A stretch of DNA of 64,000 bases, from assembly GCA_963697165.1 (NCBI GenBank), contig CAVOMX010000025.1, positions 32,001-96,000 on the forward strand, in the 5' to 3' direction. The notes beneath the pieces were generated by a model. The model did no database searches. It was not told where the DNA came from and was given only the letters and a program-made list of their open reading frames with translations. This DNA is from Candidatus Bathyarchaeota archaeon (GTDB taxonomy: Archaea; Thermoproteota; Bathyarchaeia; Bathyarchaeales; Bathyarchaeaceae). The position numbers and the translations under genes are program-made. Shown one piece after another: positions 21,609 to 31,299 of the stretch; position 1 is the first letter of the stretch; each line of letters starts with the position of its first letter.

Positions 21609-22991
21609 TTGAAGGACACGCTCTCAAAGATTGTTGGTTACGGTCAAAGTTTAGGCGCCGAATATGTTGAGGTTCGAGCGCAAAGTCTTTTCAAGACTCT
21701 TTTGACAACCAAAGACGGCATCGTTGAAGGAGCAAAAGAAGGAAAGGAATGCGGCGCTGGGGTCAGAGTTTTGGTGAACGGCGCTTGGGGTTTTGTGTCT
21801 CTTGGAAATCTACAAGCCATACTGTTAACTGAAGCTGTTGAAGACGCAGTTAAGTTAGCAAAAGCAGCCAGTTTTAGATTAAAAAATCCTGTGAAGCTTG
21901 CTGAAGCAAAAACTGTGGAAGACTGGATATCTGCTAAGCCGAAAAAAGATCCGCAGGATGTTTCTATGGAACAAAAGATTGGAGACGTTTTGGCGATGGA
22001 TAAAACAGTTTTTGGTTGTGACAATCGAATAAAAAGTTGCACAATCAACTACTTGGATGTTACAGGAAAAAGCTACTTCGTCAACAGTGACGGAACATGT
22101 ATAGAACAGGACAAATTGTATGTTTGGTCGCGGATTCTTGCGTCAGCAAAACAGGGCAGCATTTTTGCTTCTGCACGAGAGGAGATAGGTTCCACGTCGG
22201 GTTACGAAATTTTTGATTTGGCAACGCCAGAAAAGGTAGGTACAATGGTTGCTAAACGTGTGGTTGAGCAACTGAAGGCTAAGACACCGAAGGGCGGAGG
22301 TTTTCCAGCGATTATTGGTCCAAACGTTGTGGGCGTTTTTATTCACGAAGCGATGGGACATTTAGCAGAAGCTGATTTGATGTTGTCTGGTTCTGTGCTT
22401 TATGATAAACTTGGAAAACAGATTGCGTCAGAAGCAGTTACGGTTTATGACGACGGCACAGTTGACGGCGCATTTGGGTCCTTCAAATACGATGATGAGG
22501 GAGTTCGGACACAAAAGACGGCGTTAATCGAAAAAGGAAAACTTGTTGGTCTAATGCATAGCAGAGAAACTGCCGCTAAACTTAACATGGAACCTACAGG
22601 AAATGCCAGAGCAGAAGATTTTCGTTATGAGCCGATTATCAGAATGAGAAACACGTACCTTGCAGCGGGCGACAGAACATTTGAGGAATTAATTGAAGAC
22701 ATAGATTTTGGGTATTACCTCAAAAGTTTTCGGGGCGGACAAGCAAACTTGGATGGAACATTTCAGGTGGGTATACAAGAAGCTTACGAGATTGTTAAAG
22801 GTCAGCTCGGAGATGCCGTTAGAAGCGCGTCCATAAGCGGTAATACGCTTGAAACTTTGTACAGGGTAGACGCGGTTGGTAAAGATTTTGAGTTGTGGCC
22901 TGGAAGATGCGGCAAGGGACAGACAGCATTCATCTGTGATGGTGGACCACACATACGGGTAGAAGAGGTGGTTATTGGTGGCGGCTCCTAA
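21609..22991 (+). CDS. tldD: TldD-family metalloprotease
   Basis: HEAMGH, DDEG, GNAR, RMRNT, CGKGQ. Confidence 0.92.
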   Translation: MKDTLSKIVGYGQSLGAEYVEVRAQSLFKTLLTTKDGIVEGAKEGKECGAGVRVLVNGAWGFVSLGNLQAILLTEAVEDAVKLAKAASFRLKNPVKLAEAKTVEDWISAKPKKDPQDVSMEQKIGDVLAMDKTVFGCDNRIKSCTINYLDVTGKSYFVNSDGTCIEQDKLYVWSRILASAKQGSIFASAREEIGSTSGYEIFDLATPEKVGTMVAKRVVEQLKAKTPKGGGFPAIIGPNVVGVFIHEAMGHLAEADLMLSGSVLYDKLGKQIASEAVTVYDDGTVDGAFGSFKYDDEGVRTQKTALIEKGKLVGLMHSRETAAKLNMEPTGNARAEDFRYEPIIRMRNTYLAAGDRTFEELIEDIDFGYYLKSFRGGQANLDGTFQVGIQEAYEIVKGQLGDAVRSASISGNTLETLYRVDAVGKDFELWPGRCGKGQTAFICDGGPHIRVEEVVIGGGS

Positions 22992-24354
22992 AGATTCAGA
23001 ATTGATAGATTTTGGCAAAAAAGCAGTCAACGTAGCCATAAGAAGAGGCGCTCAGGAAGCTGAAGCATTTTTGAGTAGGGCATCAAGCATTTCGATAGAC
23101 ATTGAAAGGGGACAAATTGTTAGAAGCACCAAAAGTACTGATCAGGGGTTGGGAGTTAGGGCAGTTTATGGGAAAGCAGTTGGATTTTCTTATGTTAATA
23201 CGTTAACGGATAGGGACATAGAAGAGGCTGCGGCAAGAGCGTTACGGGCTGCTAAAGCGAGCAGAGCGGATACGGATTGGGTGAGTTTTGCTGGCTCCAA
23301 AAAGTTTGGTAAAACAAAAGACACCTATGACAAAAGAGCGGCTGATGCGTCTTCGGATGAGTTAGTTGAGATGGCAGCTGACTTGTTGGGTGCGGTTGAG
23401 GCGTATGATAGACGGGTTTTGGCTGTTGATGGTGGAGTTGGAACTTCAGTTTTCCATAAGGTTGTTGTTAACTCTCATGGAGTTGAAGCTTACGACTTGG
23501 GCACTGCAGTCGGATGTTCCATGGAGACGATAGCAAGGGATGGAGGTGATGTGACTCCGGCGTGTTTTGAATTAAATGTAGAAAGAATCTACAAAATAGA
23601 CCCTGATACTGTTGGAACTGAGGCTGCAAGGCAGGCTGTTTCTGCGCTTAAAGCCAAAAAGGTTGAGTCTGGAGTGTTTCCGGTGATTTTTACTCAGGCT
23701 GCGTTTAGTTCTCTGCTATATTATACAGTGATAAACGCTGTCAAAGCTGATTATGTTCAGAGGGAAAGATCTGCGTTTAAGGACAAAATTGGAGAAAAAG
23801 TTGCCTCAGAGCTTGTATCGGTATATGATGATGGACTTCTTGAGGGCGGTCTCTTAACAAGCAAATTTGATGGCGAAGGCGTTCCATGCCAAAAAACGTC
23901 AGTTATCGAAAAAGGTGTCCTGAAGAATTTTTTGTATGACAATTACACGGCAAACAAGGCTGGAGTTGAAAGCACCGGAAACGCATCACGCTCAGGGCTT
24001 GCATCTTACGCTTCCACGCCAGCTCTTGAGGCCAGCAACTTTGTGTTTACAAAAGGAAACAAAACGGCTGAGGAGCTTGTAGCCGAGGTTGATGAGGGTT
24101 TTATAGTGTATGGTGTTCAGGGGGCGCATAGTAGTAATCCGGAGAGTGGAGAGTTTTCTGTTGTGGCTACTCCTGCATGGAAGATTGAAAAAGGGTCTGT
24201 GGCGTATGCTGTGCGTGAGGTTATGTTGACGGGCGTTTTCTTTGATGTTTTAAGGAACGTTTCGGCACTTGGCAGTAACGTCAGGAAAATGGGGCAGCTG
24301 GTTGCGCCATGGATCAGAGTAGAAAACGTCAAAGCCGTTGGAAAGCTGCTTTAG
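22975..24354 (+). CDS. pmbA: PmbA/TldE-family protein
   Basis: FDGEG, STGNA, SGEFS; lacks HExxxH; overlaps tldD. Confidence 0.9.
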   Translation: MVAAPKDSELIDFGKKAVNVAIRRGAQEAEAFLSRASSISIDIERGQIVRSTKSTDQGLGVRAVYGKAVGFSYVNTLTDRDIEEAAARALRAAKASRADTDWVSFAGSKKFGKTKDTYDKRAADASSDELVEMAADLLGAVEAYDRRVLAVDGGVGTSVFHKVVVNSHGVEAYDLGTAVGCSMETIARDGGDVTPACFELNVERIYKIDPDTVGTEAARQAVSALKAKKVESGVFPVIFTQAAFSSLLYYTVINAVKADYVQRERSAFKDKIGEKVASELVSVYDDGLLEGGLLTSKFDGEGVPCQKTSVIEKGVLKNFLYDNYTANKAGVESTGNASRSGLASYASTPALEASNFVFTKGNKTAEELVAEVDEGFIVYGVQGAHSSNPESGEFSVVATPAWKIEKGSVAYAVREVMLTGVFFDVLRNVSALGSNVRKMGQLVAPWIRVENVKAVGKLL

Positions 24355-24439
24355 AAAATGTGAACTTATTAATAGACAAAAAAATATTGCGTCGAAAGTG
24401 TATACAGTGGATACAAAAGCATCAACAGAAAATATAAAA

Positions 24440-25117
24440 CCTGTTAGATAGCATACTTGAATGTAAGCACAGACTATTTTCATCATGAATATAGCCATTT
24501 CAATGTCTGCTATACTGAAGGGGTATCCTTCGGAGTTTAGATAGTCTCGGATTATTTCTAGGGTCCAGATTAACTTTTGATAATTTTTTGTCCATCCAGA
24601 GTCTGAGCAGGGGTCTCCTGGTCTTGCACGTCCGGCTGGGCATTTGATGACTGGTTTTTCAGTAAATTGCAGAGTCTTTAGAGCGTGTCCAACGTTACTA
24701 TCGTAGATACAAAATCTTTCTTGATCGAAGAGTCCAATAATTTTGGATGCTCGAGATATTCCAACACCCTTTATGTTTAAGAGTTCCTCAACTGCATCAG
24801 ATATTTTGCCTTTATCAACAAAATCGAATACCCTTCTAGTAATCTCCAAAACTTTATCTTCGTCACGTAAAGGAAACGGAGGAAAACCGCCCCAAGACAT
24901 GATCATATCAAGAGTTTCAAGACCAACGCCACCAGAATTTTGAATCCGAGACAAAACGATGGCTTGAGAATACTTGGTTACGTTCCACGAGACATGCTTT
25001 AGGCTCTTTATCGTTCCATGAATAGTTCTTTCTACCTTCAATAAGACGTGATTTGTTTTCTTTGACCCAATCTAAAATAACTTGTCCGTATTTTCTTAAA
25101 AATAGGTCTTTATCCAT
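24440..25117 (-). CDS. Hypothetical HhH-containing protein (DNA glycosylase-like fold), frameshifted; 3' end uncertain
   Basis: ORFs 24917-25117 and 24250-25041 join. IMSWGG, LLNIKGVGISRASKI (HhH), IYDS, ADIEMAIF. Confidence 0.6.
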
Positions 25118-25157
25118 AAGTGCCCCCTCTTTTGTAGATCACTTATTCAATGTTTTG

Positions 25158-25245
25158 TGGCGCGGGGTGCGGGATTTGAACCCGCGTGGCCCTACGGACC
25201 ACAGACTTAGCAGGCCTGCTCCCTACCAGGCTAGGAGAACCCCGC
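25158..25245 (-). tRNA. tRNA-Ser(GCT), CCA encoded
   Basis: GCGGGGT...ACCCCGC G CCA acceptor; CAGGC-CT-GCT-AA-GTCTG anticodon arm; long variable arm; GGTTCAAATCC. Confidence 0.95.
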
Positions 25246-26110
25246 AAAGGTCACTCTACTCCAATTTTCTCTAGTTCAAGACTCGGGAGTTTACCTTCCT
25301 ACAATTATACTCAGCATCTATTTTTGTCTTTTTGTGGGTTGACTACGCTCAAAAGGTAAAGCAACAAAAAAGACTTGTATCTTATATCATGTAATTCATA
25401 ATTTTTTGGAACAAGTTAATGCGCCCGCTAGAGTTTTTTTTCATTTCGTATCCCAATAAATTCTCACGAATAATTTGGGTTTGGAATTTGAGTAAATGGC
25501 AAAATATGGGAAACCAATTTAGAAACTCGTTTTGAATGCAGCTCACAAATTAAATAAGGAAATATTTAGATGTTAAAAAAAGTGGTCGGGATCAAACCTT
25601 GCGCGTGCGTTTATGACTAATACGATATTAGAGGAAGAGTAATTTTTTGTTTTAAATTATTAGCTATTATTGTGTATTCGATATGAATGTATATTGTGGG
25701 ATCTTTGGAATTGGGTTTAGCCTCTATTTTAGCATGAATATTATCAATCCGTTTTTCCCATGTACTAAGAGATTTTTCTATGAGAAGTGAAAATTTTTAC
25801 CAATTCTGGCTCGTTTCGAATATAATAGATGTTAGATAGACATGTACGGGAGAGTCGAGGTAAGGGCTACGTAATCCTAAAATGAGTTGGATAGAATCAA
25901 TTATGTTTTTATAGTGTGCATTAAATCCTCCATCAACTTCATACGTTCTTCCAGGGAAATCGAGTCTTTCTCTGTAGGAGAGAACGGATAAACGAGAGGA
26001 AGAACAAAGGAGAAAATACGTAGACACGCGCGGATTGCCATTATGCGTTAGTCTTATTCTAGTTATTTTCCAAGTCCAACTTCGATTCTTATAAGAGTTC
26101 CATGATTAAA

Positions 26111-29100
26111 CTAATAATCACGTATCTTTGTCAATAATCGTGCTTTTAATTCATTTTTTTCATATCCTCTAATTTCCAATGTGAGAATTCCTTTGGAATG
26201 AGTTTCTTTCGGCATCTTTATTTTAATTTCTTTTGACTCATTTTGAACATCTACAGATTCAATTGGTCTATTTTCAATGAAAAAGTCAAGGCGTGATAGA
26301 TTTTCAGTGGTAACTACACCAATGATACTATAATTAACAATTTTCTTAAATTCAAAAGAAATTTCATGAACTAGCTTAGACGAAAGTATCTCTCCAGCTT
26401 TGTTTATTAAATCTTTATTACCGTTCAACAAATCGTCATCAGTCATTTGATAAAAAACATCTGGAGTAACTCCGAAATCTTCCAATGGAATAGTTGAATT
26501 TTTTCCAACTCTTAGCATCCTTCTTGCAGCAACTGTCATATTTGCCCCTTTGGGTAGAGAAAAGAATTGGGAGCTTGATGAGTTCGGAGATGTCTTTCCA
26601 GAATCTTTCATTAAGAGAAGAAGTAGATCATGACTCCACACATTTGCTCCTCCGGCTCCTGTATTTTTGTTTACCCCAATTATTGTCCCAATATTGTGAT
26701 CTTTGAATCCAGCCGCAAACATATCAGCCGCACTGTAAGTTAATCCATTCGTGATAAGAACTACAGGACCATAATATTTTTGACCAATATTATTACATGA
26801 GGTGAGAGACGTAATCGGAAATCCTCTGGAGTATGTAGCGCCCGTTTCTATAGCTTGATGTATCGAATCTTTCCAAGGTTTCAAATCGAAATCATCCCAT
26901 AGGTTTGAGGGGCTATTCTTTTCACATATCTCGAGCATTAATCTTGTATTAAGAAATTGAACCTTCTCTGGATTAATGGTATTAGGAGTCAATGTTTGTA
27001 ATAACCGTTCAGCAGCCATTATCAGACCTCCACCATTATCACGAATATCAATAATAAGCCCCTTTTTTGGAAGTGAAGAAAGTAGCTGGATAAACTCTTT
27101 TACGAATTTTTCACTATCATCTACTTTAAAGGTAAATATTCTTATATATGCAAAATCCCCAGCATCAGTTTTCGCCTTTTTGGCTCGGAATACCGATGGC
27201 ATGTCCGTTGGGATTTCTCCTCCTCTTACTGGAGCCCGATCAATATTCTTTTGCGCAATGTTCCTTTCAAGTTTAACAGCGTCTGGAGCGATCATCAACT
27301 TTTTTACTTCTTGAATCGCAAATGAGTGAAGATCCAGACCAAGCGCGGTTGCTTCGCCAACATTAGACTTAGGAGTTGTTGTAATGAATGCTGTTGGAGG
27401 CGCGAATACAAGCCATTTTTGGATTAATTGAAATTCTTTTTCATTAGAGCGATAATTGAAAGTTACCCATTCTTCATCTGGAGGAAATGAATTAATTAAT
27501 GGACGAATAGTTAGAGCATTGATTCCCCTTGCTCTTCGTGCAGCAGGATTACCTCCTCCTTGTTTTTCAGAATTTAATTCAATTGCACGTTTGATTGGAA
27601 TTCCATTCCAATGAGTGATTTCGACACCTTTTTTAAACGTCTTTGGACCGAATCCTTCCATTTTGTAAGAAACGATATATTTTGGATTTTTTTCTCCCGA
27701 ATTATCTTTTATGAAACATTCCTCAATAATGAATGGCATGAAGGCAATTTTTCCCTTAAATGGATGGGGCAGAAGGTAATTTGTATGAAGATCTCTGGTA
27801 GATTTAAAAATATCAATCATTTCTTTATGGAATTCAATTTCACAAGGTAATTCTTCTATTGTTGTCCTTTCAAGCTTGTATTGCAATAATTTTAAGCGTT
27901 GTATGGGATCAATTGCATACATCGCTTTTTTATGAGGTAGATGAACATAAACTTGTTCAAGTAGAACAAGTGCTTGATTAACTATATCTAGACGTTCGGA
28001 GCACTTCAAATATCCTTCTGAACTTAAGAAGGTAGATAATTCAGAGGTGGTATCAAAAAGTTCTTCTTGATATTCATCTTTGAAAGTAATGCTTTCAGGA
28101 AGAATGGGTTTTACTCCGTATATTGAGGGTAACCTTTTTCTTAGAAAGTCGGGGAGATTTACTTGATTTGCAATTTTTTTGAAATATTGTTTATCATCGA
28201 CAACTGCCAAAGGATCAAGTTCTACTACTACATCTTTTAAAAGTGTTGGATAATCTACTGCTTCATAAAAACTTGGAAAACCAGTTTCATTTCCTTCATA
28301 AGGTATATGTGGCCTAATGAATTCGGTTGCTAGTTCATCTTGTTCCAATGATAAAAACCAATAAGGTTTCATCGTTAAGCCTGATGTTGCGCGATTCCAT
28401 CCAGAATCAGGTTGTTCAAGATCAGTAGCCAATTCACCTAATCGTGATAATCCGTCTTGAAGGCGATCGACGGCTTCACTCAATTTTAAAGTTAAAGAGA
28501 TTGGATTGTTATTTTTAGTTTCAAGGTTTAATAATCGAAAAGAATTTTTAATCTTAAGAATTTCGGTATTTAACTTAAAATTATCCATTAGCCGTTTTTG
28601 ACCATATCGAGGAATACCATCTATTACCACAAAAGTAATTGAAGTTTCTCGTGCATCTATAAGTCCTTGATATGGTGGCCCTTTCTGTCCATTGATTACA
28701 ACCAAATCTGCAATTTTTCCCTTTTCTATTGTTCCAATATGTTTATCCCACTTCAGAATTTTTGCAGCATTTCGTGTAACCATTGAAACTAATTCTTTTT
28801 TTGTGAAAGGTTCATCTAATTCATTGTTGATTAAGTGAGCTATTTTCAATTCACATAAAAGATTCTTGCTTCCTGTCGGAGACCAATCTGAACCTAAAGC
28901 GATGAGTAACCCGGAGTCTTTCGCACATCTTATCCTAGCAGTTTGTCCATATAGTAAATAGTTACTCAATGGAGACCATACTATGGAAGCTTCATATTTC
29001 TTCAGTATATCAAAATCTTCAGCTTCAAGTGCTACGCAATGAATTCCAGACAATGCATCTGTAATTGCCCACTTTTCCTCAGAGATCTGAAGAGCAAAAA

Positions 29101-29768
29101 AATGAGCCCGCGATCTTTCATCCACACCTTCACTAAGATGCAACAGCTTGCATCCCTTACTTTCTTCTAGTTGATCCAAGAAAGTTTCTGCTTCTCTTGC
29201 TGCTACATCAGCAATTCTTGTACCTGCATTTGGTAAATCTTCATTATCAGTGGCTTCAACATTACGTACTAACCCTTTAAATCTGGTCTTAGTTCCTGCT
29301 ACCGCATCTGCAAGCGTTATCCCCTGAGAAGTTGTTACACCTGAAATAAGACATTTACATTCAACATATCTAATAATTGCTTCAATATATTTAATTGACC
29401 TTCCCAGCACATACATAGGTCCTCTAATTAATCGCGTTTTATCGCGATGACCTTGCCACTGCCCACGGTTCTTGAATGTTTTAGGAACATTCCATAGTGG
29501 TAAAATGTTATAACATAAATGATTGTGAAGTTCAATTAATCCAGGATAAATTGTACCACCTGTACGAATTACCTGGATTTCTTCGAATCCTTGAGGAGGA
29601 GTTTCGTTTGAAGGTTTTACATCCACAATTTTTTCTTTTTCAATGTATATTGTCCCTTTGTCTAATACTTCAAAATCATCATTCATCGTGACGATTTTTC
29701 CTTGAATTGCATATTTCGGTTTGTTTTGTAAGTCGATTTTATTTTTTGGCGAATTGTTTTCCCCCCAT
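26111..29768 (-). CDS. Amidohydrolase (deaminase-like) fused to CPAF-like S41 serine peptidase, ~1200 aa
   Basis: PGLIELHNH, LHLSEG, IHCVAL, LGSDW (amidohydrolase). DLHTNY, IDIRDNGGG, YSAADMF, TGAGG, LEDFGV (S41). Frame is open upstream of 29686 (KYAIQGKIVTM); ATG at 29768 is displaced by one base in a G-run. Confidence 0.85.
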
Positions 29769-29908
29769 TATTTTTTTAAAACGAATTCTATTACAGTTAC
29801 TTCATGTTTTTTAAAAACTATAAAATTTTCCCTAGTTATGGTTAATCCGCTACTCTTGAATACCTAAATCTTGTAATTAAATTTAAAAATAACTTACCTG
29901 AAATTACT

Positions 29909-30859
29909 ATGGGGGATAATATGGGTTCTTCTTTTAAAAAATTATTAATAAATAAATACCTGAGTAAATCTATTGACGAAATTTTAAATTCATCATCAGC
30001 GGCTCTCCGAGGACTTAGTGAGACTGACGCCAGCGAGTTAGAAAATTCAATCGACATCACTACTATAAGGGATATGGCGAATAACGAATTTTTTATTCAT
30101 GCAAAGGCTTTACTTTCGGCATCTGGTACACCCAACTACGATCCGGGTCCTCCACCAGATTGGACTGATTTCTTTGAATCCGTACCTAATTACATGTCCC
30201 ATTGGCCAAAAAGAATTCGATGGGAATTCGGACCAATTTTTTACAGAGGAAGACTTGATGGTACTGCAAGAGTAATTGTGATTGGTCAAGATCCGTCCAC
30301 TGATGAAGCACTTGCGCGTCGTGTTTTTGTTGGAGGTTCAGGACAACGCGTTCAAGGGCTCCTTAAAAAACTAGGTATCAGTTCTTCTTACATTATGATT
30401 AACACATTCGTATTTAGCATCTACGGACAATTTGATGCTGAAATGAAGACTATTTCCAAGAATTCTCTAGTTTTGAATTACAGAAATGAATATTTGGACA
30501 GACTAATCGAACAAAATAACATCGAAGCAATCATCGCTATTGGTGCAGCAGCTCGTCACGCCATTGAGAATTGGTCTATCCCACAAGGATTGCACGTTTC
30601 AAATTTAGTCCATCCCTCAGCACCACCAAACATGGTAACTGCCGATTGGAACAAAGATCTCTCAATTTTGCTTAATAAAATTGAACCAGACTTAAACGAA
30701 GTTCAAGATAATAGACCCTATGGTCAAAATTGGGCACCCGGAGACCGGGTCCCAATTCCTAGAAGAGATTTACCGTTTGGAATACCTGAATTCTTAGGTA
30801 CTGGTGGGACTAGAAGTCGTAGAGACACTCCAAAAAAAATTGTTTGGGAAGCACCATAA
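29909..30859 (+). CDS. Uracil-DNA glycosylase superfamily protein with N-terminal helical extension
   Basis: IGQDP (motif A), FVGGSG, INTF, LVHPSA (motif B); ~75-aa N-terminal domain ALRGLSETDA...ITTIRDMANN. Confidence 0.8.
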   Translation: MGDNMGSSFKKLLINKYLSKSIDEILNSSSAALRGLSETDASELENSIDITTIRDMANNEFFIHAKALLSASGTPNYDPGPPPDWTDFFESVPNYMSHWPKRIRWEFGPIFYRGRLDGTARVIVIGQDPSTDEALARRVFVGGSGQRVQGLLKKLGISSSYIMINTFVFSIYGQFDAEMKTISKNSLVLNYRNEYLDRLIEQNNIEAIIAIGAAARHAIENWSIPQGLHVSNLVHPSAPPNMVTADWNKDLSILLNKIEPDLNEVQDNRPYGQNWAPGDRVPIPRRDLPFGIPEFLGTGGTRSRRDTPKKIVWEAP

Positions 30860-30872
30860 AATCAATTATTTA

Positions 30873-31012
30873 ACAAAGGTAACTATAACCAGGCTAGGAG
30901 AACCCCGCAAAGGTCACTCTACTCCGATTTTCTCTATTTCTCAGACTCGAGAGTTTACCTTTTTACCACTATGCTCATCATCTATTTTTGTCTTTTGTGG
31001 ATTGACAAAGCT
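30873..31012. repeat. Internal attP-like junction (P arm + core + P' arm)
   Basis: Core at 30888-30909. The following ~105 bp match 25246-25349 (about 15 differences by hand alignment). The preceding ACAAAGGTAACTATAACC matches ACAAACGTAACTCTACC at 39625-39641. Confidence 0.88.
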
Positions 31013-31068
31013 AAAGATTATGCATAGATGTGCGAGAATAGATTTTTCGGGGGCAATTTATAAACAAC

Positions 31069-31250
31069 TTAAATTACCTCAAGAGCTCCATCGTTTATTG
31101 AGACACAAGATGGGGTGAGCTTCACACTTGCTGCACCATTACTCAATTCAATGTTACCTATATTCATAATGATCTTCAAGCCAGTTACGCTTTCAATAGT
31201 GATTTCACCTGTACCCAGTATGGCTTTGATTGTTATTTTGGCAAAATTTG
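31069..31250 (-). pseudogene. C-terminal remnant of a VgrG/gp5-like baseplate spike gene
   Basis: TGEITIES..G.KI.M....IELSNGAASVKLTPSCVSINDGALEVI* beta-helix-like tail; no N-terminal OB-fold domain. Confidence 0.6.
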
Positions 31251-31299
31251 TTTTGATATGATGCACACTAATAAATGAGAGGGATAGCAAAGATTCAGT

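Noticed and set aside
30888..30909. Split (trans-spliced) tRNA 5' half; also at 39637-39660
   Set aside because: The intact tRNA-Ser is present, no complementary leader or BHB is visible, and the flanks match att arms next to an integrase.
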